The position numbers and the translations under genes were made by a program. Below, one piece after another: positions 1 to 11,123 of a DNA stretch of 64,000 bases (the first letter of the stretch is position 1; every line of letters starts with the position of its first letter). The stretch is from an uncultured Planctomycetota bacterium (GTDB lineage: Bacteria > Planctomycetota > Planctomycetia > Gemmatales > Gemmataceae): positions 423,439-487,438 of the forward strand of contig CAWKHF010000009.1 in the NCBI GenBank assembly GCA_963849325.1, in the 5' to 3' direction. The notes below the pieces were generated by a model that did no database searches, was not told the origin of the DNA, and saw only the letters and a program-made list of their open reading frames with translations.

Positions 1-1043
1 AGTGCGGTGCCCACGCAGGTTGTAATCAAGGAGCCGGAGGAGACGGACTCGCTCGTGACTCGCAAAGAGGGCGACGAGGTGCGAGGCGGAGCGCGTGCGG
101 AAACGTCTGCTGCGCGCCGAAATCCAGCCGCAAAAGGTCACCGTCGGCGAGAACACCATCGCCCTGCCGCGACTGATCGTGTGGCTGGACGACAAGCTGC
201 GCGTGGTGCGCTCGGAGTCGAACATTCCGGGCCTGGGCCGCATGACCCTGTATCGCACCTCGCGCACGCGTGGCCGAGAAGGAAGGGGCTGCGCCGGCGC
301 TGATGGCCGACCTCGGCCTGAAGTCGCTCATTCCGCTCAACGTCGCCATCGAGAAACCGCACCAGGCCCGCGAAATCGTCTATCGCATCACCGTCCAGGA
401 CGACGACGATCCGACGACGACATTCAGCCGCGATGCCCGGCAGACGGTCGAGAACGTCAACGGCAACACGTTCGACCTGCGGATTCGGCCGATCCGCGCG
501 CCGGCCGAGGAAGAGAAAGCCGGCAAGGTCAAGGAGGACTTTCTGAAAGCCAGTTACTTCCTGGATAGCGGCGACGAGAAGGTCCGCGCGGAGGCGGCCC
601 GCATCGTCGGCGACGAGACGGACCCGTGGCGAAAGGCGCAACGCATCGAGAAGTGGGTGCATGAACACATGAAGCAAAATGCCGAGGTCAATTTCGCGCC
701 GGCCAGCCAGGTATTGCGCGACCTGCAAGGCGACTGCCGCCAGCACGCCATGCTGGCGGCGGCCCTGTGCCGCGCCGCCGGCGTACCGGCGCGCACGGCG
801 GTCGGGTTGGTGTACGTCGATGACCCCGATCGCGGCCCGGTGCTCGGCTTCCACATGTGGACCGAGGTTTGGGTGCGGGGACAGTGGCTCATGCTCGACG
901 CCGTGCTCGGTCAGGGCAGCGTGGGAGCGGGTCATCTCAAGATCGCCGACCACAGCTGGCAGGACATTCAGACGCTGGCCCCGTTGCTGCCGGTCACGCG
1001 CGTCACCGGCAAGGTCCGTGTCGAGGTCGTGCGTGTGAAGTAA
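1..1043 (+). CDS. Transglutaminase-like domain protein, 5'-partial and frameshifted near 95 and 270
   Basis: Motifs GDCRQHAML, FHMWTEVW and W..LDA give a Cys-His-Asp triad; upstream frames 7..303 and 95..568 supply a plausible N-terminal continuation. Confidence 0.8.
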
Positions 1044-1047
1044 GAAT

Positions 1048-1106
1048 CCGAGCCGCGAGCGTCAGCGAGCGTGTTTTCCAACCGCTCCCTGACGGTCGCG
1101 GCTCGG
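1048..1106. repeat. REP-like palindrome (family A)
   Basis: CCGAGCCGCGAGCGTCAGCGAGCG...CGCTCCCTGACGGTCGCGGCTCGG between convergent genes. Confidence 0.8.
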
Positions 1107-1119
1107 TGCGCACGATGCA

Positions 1120-2212
1120 CTACGCCGCCATCGGCCTGGACGGAGGAATGAACAGGGCGCCCTGAGTTGCAGGCAGGTGCCAGGGACCGGCCGGGCCGGC
1201 CGTCCCATCCCAGGCGTGCGCGTGCAGACTATCGAGGATGCGGCCGGCCAGCGCGAGCGCGTCGCGTCCGGCTGTCGCCATCGACACGCGGCCGCTGGCC
1301 CGTTCGGACACTGTCGAACGAACTCTTGCAACTCCTTCGTCAATTGATCGCCGGCGTTGCAATCCAGTTCCTGGACCTGCAAGTGCCGGCCGAATAGCTC
1401 CGACTTCAATGTGGCCAGCGTGGCGGGGTCGAGACGGCGCGAATCGAGCTGCCGTTGCCGCAGATGCTCGGCCGGCTGCATGAGCGTCAGGTGGCGGCGC
1501 GCGAAATCGACGCCGGCGAAGCCCTCCGGCCCGAACACCTGCATGCAGCGAACCGGCGTCGGATGGACGCGGCTGGCCTTCAAGTCGGCGACGCAGCCGT
1601 TGGCGAACGTCACCCGTGCCTGGGCCAGGTCCTCGTTGCCGCCGAGCACGGACACGCCCAGCGCCTCGACGGTGCGCACGGGAGCTTGCACCAGGGCCAG
1701 CACCAGGTCGAGGTCGTGGATCATCAAATCGAGGACGACGCCGATGTCGGTCGAGCGTCCCGAAAAGCCGCTGTAGCGTTCGCAGGTGATGAACTTCGGC
1801 TGCAAGGGGTGAAGCAGCAACTCCTCGAAGGCGGGGTTGAAGCGCTCGATGTGGCCGACCTGCAAGAGCGCACCCTGTCGCTGGGCCAACTCGATCATCT
1901 GCTCGGCTTGCCGCGACCGTCTGCCGCCATCGGCTTCTCGACCAGCACCGGCAGGCCGCGCGTCAGGAAATCGCCGGCGACGGCGTGATGGTGGGTGGTC
2001 GGCACGACGATGACGGCGGCGTCCACCAGCGGCAGCAGATCGTGATGATCGGCGAACGCGCGCGTGCCGCAGCGCCGGGCGACGGCCTCGGCCTGGGCGG
2101 CGTTGGGGTCGGCGACGCCGACCAGTTCGACGTCCGGCAGCGCCGCCAGGATGCGGGCGTGTTCCTTGCCCAGATGTCCGACGCCGACCACTCCCACGCG
2201 CAGACGCGACAT
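1120..2212 (-). CDS. Gfo/Idh/MocA oxidoreductase (GnnA-like), frameshifted
   Basis: VGVVGVGHLG, VEKP, VGHIERFNP and DLMIHDLD spread over ORFs 1895..2212, 1062..2549 and 1120..1362. Confidence 0.85.
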
Positions 2213-2239
2213 ACAGGTTCCTTCTTTCCTCTCCGTCCA

Positions 2240-3165
2240 TTAGGCGGCTCGTCGCTCGTGCAGGACGGCCTCGGCCCGCCATTGCTGACGTAGGCGGCGG
2301 ACCAGCTCGACGTTGAGCGGATGCCCGGAACGATAGGCGACGACGTGGCCGCACAGGTCGGCGCCCAGCAGGGACAGGTCGCCGACCAGATCGAGTACCT
2401 TGTGCCGGGCCGGCTCGTTGGCATAGCGCAGCGTGTTGTCCACCGGACCGCGCGGACCGAAGACGAGCAGGTCGGCCGCGGTGGTGCGCGTTCCCAGTCC
2501 CTGGCGGCGCAGCTCGGCGGCCTCCGTTTCCAGGATGAACGTGCGGCACGAGGCCAACTCCTGAGCGAACAGCCCCGGCGTGAATGCCTGCGTGTGGACT
2601 TGCCGGCCGATGGGCGAATCAGGCCGTAATCGAGGAAGTAGCTCAGACACAGACCATGATCCGGTCGGCCACGCTCGGTTCGGCGGACAGCGGGCCGGAC
2701 GCGGACGGATGGAGGGCCAGCGTGGCGCCGCGGGCCGACAGAACGAGGGATTGCTCGACGCACAGGATCGGGACGGCGCGCTCCCTGCCGGCAGATGCCG
2801 GCGTCGAGCAGGGCCGTCACGAAATCGCGGGCCGAGCCGTCCAGGCCGGGCGGCTCCGGAGCGTTCAGCTCGACCTGGCAGTTATCGATGCGCAGACCGG
2901 CCAGGGCCGCCAGGACGTGCTCGACCAGACCGACCTGGCCAGGCGGATGGCCCAGCGTCGTCCGCCGCTGCGTGCCGGTGACGTTATCGATGTGGGCCGA
3001 CAGGTGCAGGCGCGGCCGAAGGTCGGTGCGGACGAAGACGATGCCGCTGGACGGCGGCGCCGGCAGGAAGCGCAGACGGACCGTCGCCCCGGTCAGATAC
3101 CCGACGCCCCGCACCTCGGCCGGCCGCGCGAGGGTGCGTTGATAGCGATAAGTGAGCCTTCTCAC
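2240..3165 (-). CDS. lpxC: UDP-3-O-acyl-N-acetylglucosamine deacetylase, frameshifted
   Basis: QRTL..V.GVG, VEHVLAAL..L.IDN, PPGLDGSA, CRTF and RHKVLDLVGDL across ORFs 1963..3210 and 2240..2650. Confidence 0.9.
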
Positions 3166-3254
3166 GTTCGCGTCATCCTTCCCAGTTCGGTGAGCCGCTG
3201 GCGGCTTCACGCCGATCTGCGCTAAGCCGCCAGCGGCTTTTTCGACGTGCGCCC

Positions 3255-3944
3255 TTACTGCTGGGTGGGCGTCGCGGCGGCACCGGCCGGCGTGCCCGGC
3301 GGTGTGCCGGGACGCAGGTTGTAGTTGAGCATGTTCACGACTTCCGTGCTGATGTCCATGCCCGGAGCGGCGTACAGCGGCATCAGCGCCCCGGTTTGCA
3401 CCTTGCGGGCGATGTTATTCGGACTGAAATAGTCCTCCTTGGTCACAGCGTCGTTGTAGTGCAGCACCAGGTCGAACTCGTGCGAGATGGCGTAGCGCTG
3501 GGCGGCCTCCTGCACGTCCATGTACAGGATCTTCATCTGGTCCTCGCTCTTCTTGCCGAGCACCAGCTTGGCCTCGGCGTTGTTGTCCTCGACCTTGCGC
3601 TGGATGTCCTTGAGCTTGCGCTCGTATCTCGGCGCGCTTGTCGGCCGGGGTCGTGGGCGAGGCCTGCTTGGCCAACTCCTCCCCCTGCTTGCGATACTGC
3701 GCGTCGGTCTCCTGGAAAGGCTTGACGATGCCCTTGATCTCCTCCTGGAAGGTGAGGTACTTCTGTAATTCTTGATGACGTAAGTGAGGTTGAGCAGGGC
3801 GATGCGGGTGCGCGGTTCGTGGCCGCCGGGGCGGCGTGGGTCGGAGCCGAGGGCGGCGTTTGGACCTGGCCCCACGATCGGCCGACGTAGCCCAGCACGC
3901 CCAGGGCGAGGACGATCGCCTGCCGTCATTACCGTCTTCTTCAC
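3255..3944 (-). CDS. OmpH/Skp family outer-membrane chaperone, frameshifted
   Basis: RIALLNLTYVIKNY, coiled-coil core, FDLVLHYN and DISTEV; located upstream of lpxC. Confidence 0.8.
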   Translation of the reverse strand: MKKTVMTAGDRPRPGRAGLRRPIVGPGPNAALGSDPRRPGGHEPRTRIALLNLTYVIKNYRSTSPSRRRSRASSSLSRRPTRSIASRGRSWPSRPRPRPRPTSAPRYERKLKDIQRKVEDNNAEAKLVLGKKSEDQMKILYMDVQEAAQRYAISHEFDLVLHYNDAVTKEDYFSPNNIARKVQTGALMPLYAAPGMDISTEVVNMLNYNLRPGTPPGTPAGAAATPTQQ

Positions 3945-4112
3945 TGTTCGGTTCTCCTGTTCCGAGATGGCCGACAGTCCGCGGTCTCGACACCGCCTTC
4001 CGGAGGATCACTGTCGGTCGAAGCACTTCCGGTTCCGCCGGTTGCCTCTCCGTGTGAGCGCTGGGTTCTACTCCAGGCGCCGGCGCGGGTCAAGGGGAAC
4101 CAAAACGCCTCG

Positions 4113-4162
4113 GAGCCTGAAGCGTTAGCGAAGGAACATCCCTTCGCTAACGCTTCAGGCTC
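4113..4162. repeat. REP-like palindrome (family A)
   Basis: GAGCCTGAAGCGTTAGCGAAGG / CCTTCGCTAACGCTTCAGGCTC perfect inverted repeat. Confidence 0.85.
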
Positions 4163-4278
4163 GGAGTAGTGCAGCATTGCACTCCGCTGCCCCGTCCTGC
4201 TATACTCGCCCGCCGCGCCGCTCCGAGGGAGCGGAGGACGCCCCGCGACGAGTTGCCCCGAAGGATTGGGGAGTGAGA

Positions 4279-4699
4279 GTGAACGCGCCACGCAAGCCGC
4301 TCCGCTGCGGTATTGTCCTGCTGGGCCTGGCTGTCGCTCGGCTGTGGTCGGGGCGACAAGCTGACGCCGGTCCACGGTCACGTTTTCTACCGCGGCCAAC
4401 CGCTGGCCGGTGGCACCATCGTCTTCACGCCCGACGCGGAGCGCGGCGGACGCGGCCCGTTAGCCTGCGGCGAAATCGGAGCCGACGGCGGCTTCACGCT
4501 CCACACCGGCGAGACCATCGGGACCGTCGCCGGATGGCATCGCGTCACGGTGGCTCCCCCTTCTCCCGCCGCCTCGCCCGGCCCCGCGACGACGCCGGTG
4601 CTCGAGCTGCCCCGCAAATACAGCGATCCCGAACAGTCCGGCCTGCTCCGCGAGGTCAAGGCGGGAACGGCCGTCGAGCAGGATTTTCACCTGGAGTAG
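4279..4699 (+). CDS. Planctomycete small lipoprotein (carboxypeptidase-regulatory-like fold), indel in the signal region
   Basis: LSLGCG lipobox, PVHGHVFYRGQP, G.I.ADG.F and LPRKYSDPEQSGL. Confidence 0.75.
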
Positions 4700-4714
4700 A
4701 GGAGGAGCGCGACC

Positions 4715-5399
4715 ATGAACACCATCATGCGCGGCCTGGTGCGATCCGTGGCCGAGACGTTCACGCTGCCCGGCCCGATCCTGGAGATCGGCTCGTACCA
4801 GGTGGCGGGGCAGGAGTCCGTCGCCGACCTGCGCGGATCTGTTTCCCGGCCGTCGCTACCTGGGCATGGACGTTCGGCCCGGACGCGGCGTCGATGTGCT
4901 GGCCAGCGTCGAGCAACTGCCGTATGCCGACGGTTCGATCGGCACCATCCTGGCCGTCAGCACGTTGGAGCACGTGCCGCGTTTCTGGCGTGCCTTCGAG
5001 GAGATGCACCGCGTCCTTCGGCCCGACGGCGCCCTGCTGTTGGCCTGCCCGTTTTACTTCCACCTGCATGCGCATCCGTGCGATTACTGGCGCTTCACGC
5101 CGGAGGCGCTGGAACTGCTGTTGGCGTCGTATCCCAGCAAGATCATCGGCTGGCACGGCCCCCAGGCGCGTCCGGCCAACGTCTGGGCGCTGGCCTTCCG
5201 CGAAGGGAGGCCGGCAATCGCCGCCGACGACTTTCGCCTCTACCAGACGCGCCTGCATCACCATGCCCGCATGCCGCTGTCCTGGGGTCGTTACCTGCGC
5301 CTCCAGCTCGGCCGGCTGCTGTTCGGCGCTGGACACTTCGCCCCTTACCTCCAGCGCGAACGCCTGGACAACCGCTGCGTCAATCGGCCGGCCGCCTGA
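4715..5399 (+). CDS. Class I SAM-dependent methyltransferase, frameshifted near 4848
   Basis: ILEIGS in the first frame; GVD...EQLPYAD, STLEHV, RVLRPDG and HPCDYWRFT in frame 4866..5399. Confidence 0.85.
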
Positions 5400-6478
<1,079 letters not shown>

Positions 6479-6580
6479 TCCCCTCCGGTACGGGAGAAGT
6501 TCCTTGCCACTTCGCCACCTATGGGGTACAGACGGGCGGCGACAGACGGACAGCAACGATTCCAAACGATGCACGCACCC

Positions 6581-6634
6581 CCGAGCCGGAAGCGGCAGCG
6601 AAGGGGTCTTCCTTCGCTGCCGCTTCCGGCTCGG
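6581..6634. repeat. REP-like palindrome (family A)
   Basis: CCGAGCCGGAAGCGGCAGCGAAGG / CCTTCGCTGCCGCTTCCGGCTCGG. Confidence 0.85.
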
Positions 6635-6778
6635 AAAGAGGGGACTGCCGACCTCGCCGCCTTTTATGACCTAGACTCCAACGGGGGAAAATGGGCGCCG
6701 CGGAAGTCGGGACCGCTGGCGAAGGAGACGCGAAATCCATCGTCGCATTGACATCTTCGTGTGGAAGAGAGGCTTGTT

Positions 6779-9442
6779 ATGAGGGTGCGCTGGTCTGGTG
6801 CCTTGGTCCTGGTGATGCTGCTCGGCCTCGCCGGCTGCGGCCCCAAGGGGGCGGTCGTCGAGGAGGAAGTGGTGCCCGAGGACACGACGACTCATCTGGG
6901 CGACAAGATCGATCTGGCGCTGGCCGACTGGCTCAAGCTGCCGCGAGCGGATCTGGCCAAGCTGGTCGAGGAATGGAAGGAGACGGTTCGCAAACAGCAG
7001 GAGAAGGCGCGCGGCAACATCGAATCGGTGCAGCTGCTGCCGCAGCTGCGGCCGCCGGCCGTGGCCGACGTCTTCGCCGAGGCGCACTTCGCGCCGGAGG
7101 CCGGCTTCAGCCTGCCGCCCTACCTGAACGCAGGGCAGAAGGACGCCGCGGTGGCTCTGCACCTGGCTCGCTTCGGCGATGGCGAGGCAGCCCGGAAAGT
7201 CGCCGACGCCGCCGACACGGACCTGCTGGCCCGAATCGATGCCTGCCGGACGGAACGCAATTACCCGCTCGAATGGACGCGGTTGGTCGGTCTGGTCCTG
7301 CAACACGCTCAGATACGGTTGGCCAACGGCGAGCCGGACGGAGCGACCGAGTTGGTGTTGCTGCACCGCGAGCTGCGCTCTGTCCTCGATCCGAAAGCAG
7401 CGGCGGGACCGCTGGGCGCAATGCTGCTGCCGCGCGGACGGCAGGCGCTGACGCAGGCTGCCGTCGCCTGGCGTGAGCCGCGCCAAAACAAGACCGCCCT
7501 GGCCGGCGACATCGAGGCGGCCCTGGCCGACTGGGGTACGGCGCCGGACCCGTTGCCCACCGTTGTCGCCGGCGCCAAACCGGACGAAGTGGCTCGCCTG
7601 TTCAACGACCGGATCGTTGGCCGAACGATAACGGCCCGCACTCCGCCCGCCGTGCAACGCGCCCTCGATCTGCTCGCTCTGCCGCTGCCGGCCGAAGGCG
7701 TCGAGAGCGTCGTCGCTTTCCTCGACGACAAGCAGGGCTTGATGGAACTGATCGTCCTCTATCGGCCCAAGATCAACGAATTGCTTCCCGAGCCGAGGCA
7801 CCTGGCCTTCGCGCTGGCCGAACACGGCTACCCGGACCCGGAGACCGTTGCCGGACCCGGACTCCATCGCCAGACCTGGACGGTCGGCGGCGTGTCCTAC
7901 GACGTCACCCTGCTGACGCGCGGCAACGTCGGCGGAGCGCTGGTCCGCGTCGGCAAGGCCGGGACGCCGGCGCCGACCGACGACTTCGCGCGCAATCCGC
8001 GCGACTTCGGCGCCGTCAACTTCGATCGCTCCTTCGAGCAGAATCGCCTGGGACTGGCTCCCGAACAAAACGGGACCGTCGTGGAGGTCAAGGACAAGGA
8101 GGAACTCTCCCACATCGCCCAGCCGGCGGCGGAGTTCGCCCTCGCCGACGCCCTGCTGCGGCGCGAGCCGAGCGAAGACTTGCTGGCCCGGCTGACGCTG
8201 CACTGGCCGGTGAATCAGAACGCCAACGCCCTGAACCGCCTGGCCCTGCCGCTGTGGTCGGCGTTCGGCCCCTCGCGCTTTGAGGGCGTGGAGGATTCCT
8301 CGGGCGGACGGTTCGTCCTCTCCTGGGAGGACGGCACCACCCGCCTGCGTCTGCGACTGCCGTTTGACGAACAAGCGCCGGAGTTGATGGCCGAGGATAG
8401 CCGGGGACCGGCCGCGCTCAAGGCCCGCGCCGAGGTCGCCGTCCAGGTGGACCGCCGCGAACGCCAGCAGAGAATCGCCGCCGGCAAGCCGCGGACACGC
8501 CTGGCCCGCGTCATCGAGTTGTCCTCGCACGGCATCGACGCCCTGAAGCTGGGCATGACCCGCGAGGAAGTGCGGGCCGCCCTGCCCGGTTCGCGTTCGA
8601 TCCGTGTCCAGCCCCTATCCGACGGATTAAACATCCTGTTCCTCAACGAGCCGCCGGCGTCGGCGACGTACTGGCCGCGCCAGCTGTTCGTCCGCTTCGG
8701 CGCCGACAACCGCGTGGCCGAGGTCCGCGTCCGCTACCAGGAGGGACCGCACGCCCCCGGCCCGAACGCCCCCTCGTTGTTGGACACACTCAAAAAGAAG
8801 ACCAACGCCGCCCCCGATACGCAGCCGGCGCCGTGGGCCGGTTTGTGGACCGACCTGCCAACCCGCAAGCCGCCGGTCCTGCATCGCTGGATCGATGACG
8901 AGACGGTCTGGACTTACCAGCACGACCAGGGCGGCAGCGAGGTGGTGCTGCGCGATTGTCCGGCCGATCAGCCCTTGGGCGTCGAGTTGCCGCCGCTGTT
9001 GTTCTGCAGCCGGGGCGTCGAGGGCTGTACACTGGGCGATAGCCGCGCCGACGTGCGCAAGCGCTGGAACCTCGGCAAACCACCGCTGGCGGCCAACGGC
9101 GCCGAGGTGATGGCTCTGCCGGCGACGAGTCCCTACGATGTCCTGCTCGTCTGGTACGACAACGACAAGGTGTCGCGCCTGATCGCCCGCCACCGCGAAC
9201 CGAAGAACCTGAAGTTCGAGGAGGTCGGCGCCGCGTTGCAGCGGGCCTGGAGCGCGGATTTCGACCATCTCGGTTACGTGCGGCGTCAGGACAGCGCACG
9301 CGGCCAGGTTCTAGGAGCGTACAGCTGGAACGACGACCGCACGCGCGTCCGTATCTTCGCCCAGGATACCGAGGAGGCCATGCGCCTGTTCACGGAATGG
9401 CGTGAATGGCCCATTCCAGCGAAGACGCTGGCGGCCAAGTAG
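6779..9442 (+). CDS. Large hypothetical lipoprotein
   Basis: Long uninterrupted ORF with signal peptide and LAGC lipobox; repeated LG(M/D)(T/S)R..V motifs. Confidence 0.75.
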   Translation: MRVRWSGALVLVMLLGLAGCGPKGAVVEEEVVPEDTTTHLGDKIDLALADWLKLPRADLAKLVEEWKETVRKQQEKARGNIESVQLLPQLRPPAVADVFAEAHFAPEAGFSLPPYLNAGQKDAAVALHLARFGDGEAARKVADAADTDLLARIDACRTERNYPLEWTRLVGLVLQHAQIRLANGEPDGATELVLLHRELRSVLDPKAAAGPLGAMLLPRGRQALTQAAVAWREPRQNKTALAGDIEAALADWGTAPDPLPTVVAGAKPDEVARLFNDRIVGRTITARTPPAVQRALDLLALPLPAEGVESVVAFLDDKQGLMELIVLYRPKINELLPEPRHLAFALAEHGYPDPETVAGPGLHRQTWTVGGVSYDVTLLTRGNVGGALVRVGKAGTPAPTDDFARNPRDFGAVNFDRSFEQNRLGLAPEQNGTVVEVKDKEELSHIAQPAAEFALADALLRREPSEDLLARLTLHWPVNQNANALNRLALPLWSAFGPSRFEGVEDSSGGRFVLSWEDGTTRLRLRLPFDEQAPELMAEDSRGPAALKARAEVAVQVDRRERQQRIAAGKPRTRLARVIELSSHGIDALKLGMTREEVRAALPGSRSIRVQPLSDGLNILFLNEPPASATYWPRQLFVRFGADNRVAEVRVRYQEGPHAPGPNAPSLLDTLKKKTNAAPDTQPAPWAGLWTDLPTRKPPVLHRWIDDETVWTYQHDQGGSEVVLRDCPADQPLGVELPPLLFCSRGVEGCTLGDSRADVRKRWNLGKPPLAANGAEVMALPATSPYDVLLVWYDNDKVSRLIARHREPKNLKFEEVGAALQRAWSADFDHLGYVRRQDSARGQVLGAYSWNDDRTRVRIFAQDTEEAMRLFTEWREWPIPAKTLAAK

Positions 9443-9460
9443 ACAACCTCCGGATGCCGT

Positions 9461-9518
9461 CCGAGCCGCGACTGTTAGGGAGCGGGGCTTTCTCCGCTCC
9501 CTAACGGTCGCGGCTCGG
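9461..9518. repeat. REP-like palindrome (family A)
   Basis: CCGAGCCGCGACTGTTAGGGAGCGG / CCGCTCCCTAACGGTCGCGGCTCGG. Confidence 0.85.
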
Positions 9519-9593
9519 TTTGCTACGTCTCGTCTTTGCCATCGCCTTTCGGTAGACCAACAGCGGCCAGCCCCCCGATGTCCTGGAGCCGCG

Positions 9594-10247
9594 ATGGCCG
9601 AGTATTTCCTGTGCCTGGACGGGGAGACGTTCACCCGGCATATCCGTCCGGCCCTGGCGGCAAGCTGGCGACAGCGCAGCTTCGACCCGTGCCGCGCCCT
9701 GTGTGTCGAGCTTCTCCCCGCCGCCCTGGATTACGCCCGGCGCTACCACACTGGAGACGAAGAAACTCTCGTCTCTTGCGTCGCTCGTGGTCTGTCGTTC
9801 GATCGCGCCAGCTGGCGCCTGCTGGTCGGCGAGGTGTTGCTGTTCGCGGCGGCCGAGATCCCGGAGTTTCCCAGCAACGCCGAAACGCTGTGCTGCCTGC
9901 TCGCTCCCGAGTCGTACCGCGACGGTACCACGATCCGCGAACCGTTCGCTCCCATCCAGCAAGCCTTGCACGGCAGCCGCGATTTGACCTTCGGCACGGC
10001 TGTCTATCGTCCGGAGCAGGCCGGTTACAACGATGCCGGCGACGTGGCTCGCCTCGCTGCCTACCTCGCCGCGGTTCGACCGGAGAGTTGGACGGTGGAT
10101 GATCTGCGCGAACTGCGCGGCGTGGACGATGAGGACGACAGGGCGGACGAGCTGGCCTTTGTCCGCGAGTGGTTTCCGGTGCTGGTCGAGCTGTATCAAC
10201 GGGCGCAGACACGGAGATGGGTGCTGGTTATCGAGAGCATCTATTGA
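9594..10247 (+). CDS. Hypothetical protein
   Basis: GGAG RBS before ATG (MAEYFLCLD); host-like codon usage. Confidence 0.65.
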   Translation: MAEYFLCLDGETFTRHIRPALAASWRQRSFDPCRALCVELLPAALDYARRYHTGDEETLVSCVARGLSFDRASWRLLVGEVLLFAAAEIPEFPSNAETLCCLLAPESYRDGTTIREPFAPIQQALHGSRDLTFGTAVYRPEQAGYNDAGDVARLAAYLAAVRPESWTVDDLRELRGVDDEDDRADELAFVREWFPVLVELYQRAQTRRWVLVIESIY

Positions 10248-10422
10248 CTTCCACAGTCCTCCGGAGAGCGAGGAAGTGGCGTTACGGAGGACGGCTTGGG
10301 TAAAGACCATGAGGTCGGCGCAAGGAAAAATCCAAAAAATCAGACCTATTTGCCGCCGAGCGGACAGTATAATAGGGAGCAAGTCGCCCAGAGGAAAGTC
10401 GAAAGACTCCTGGAGTGCAAGG

Positions 10423-11077
10423 TTGCGGCTCTCTCCGTCTCAGCAACTGAGCGACAGACTCGCGGTCCGAGAACGAACTGACGGCGAATTGCTGTCGTGC
10501 TTTATCGGCAGCCGTGACGAAGCGGCCTTCGCCGCACTCTTCGCACGGTACGCGCGGATGGTGTTGACTGTGTGTCGGGACGTGCTGCACCATCCGCAGG
10601 ACGCCGAGGACGCTCGCCAAGAGACCTTCCTCGTATTGACGCGGAAAGCGAATAGCCTGGGCACAGAGGAGATGATTGGCGGCTGGCTGCGAGGCGTCGC
10701 TTACCACGTCGCCATGAATGCTCGTAAGAGCAAGAAACGCCGACAAGGTCACGAGGAACGGTTCGCGATTCGCCCGCAGCCGCAGCCGCAGCCGCAGCCG
10801 CAGCCGCAGCCGCAGCCGCAGCCGCAGCCGCAGCCGCAGCCGCAGCCGCAGCCTTTAGCTGAAGTAGAGTTTCACGAGTTCCAAACTCTCCTAATTACGG
10901 CAATCTCGCGCTTGCCGGAGAAATACCGTACTCTATTTATTTTATGCCGCTTGGAGGGCAACAGCAAGGCGGAAGCGGCCCAGAAACTCGGTTGGAAGGA
11001 AGGTACAGTATCGAGCCGGTTGGCGCAGGCGCAAATTGGTGCAGCGATACTTGACCCATCATGGCGTCACCCCATAA
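10423..11077 (+). CDS. ECF sigma-70 factor with (PQ)13 linker; probable indel near 11030
   Basis: TDGELL..F...RDEAAFAAL, QDAEDA.Q.TFLVL.RKA, LPEKYR..F.LC.LEG and LGWKEGTVSSRL; the alternative frame gives the family-typical end KLVQRYLTHHGVTP* at 11077; start codon uncertain. Confidence 0.85.
10774..10851 (+). repeat. Hexanucleotide microsatellite (CCGCAG)x13
   Basis: 78 bp of perfect tandem repeat counted from the sequence. Confidence 0.95.
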
Positions 11078-11123
11078 CGAGCATGTTTGCTAAGTTTCGG
11101 CGAAGGCAATAGCTGACGGGAGG

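Noticed and set aside
6671-8530. Long antisense ORFs, e.g. 6671..8530 (-), 39132..40655 (-), 50474..51874 (+)
   Set aside because: Shadow frames of real genes in high-GC DNA with no recognisable motifs.
10391-10400. GAGGAAAGTC, resembling the RNase P RNA signature
   Set aside because: It is not followed by the other conserved RNase P elements and runs into the sigma factor gene.
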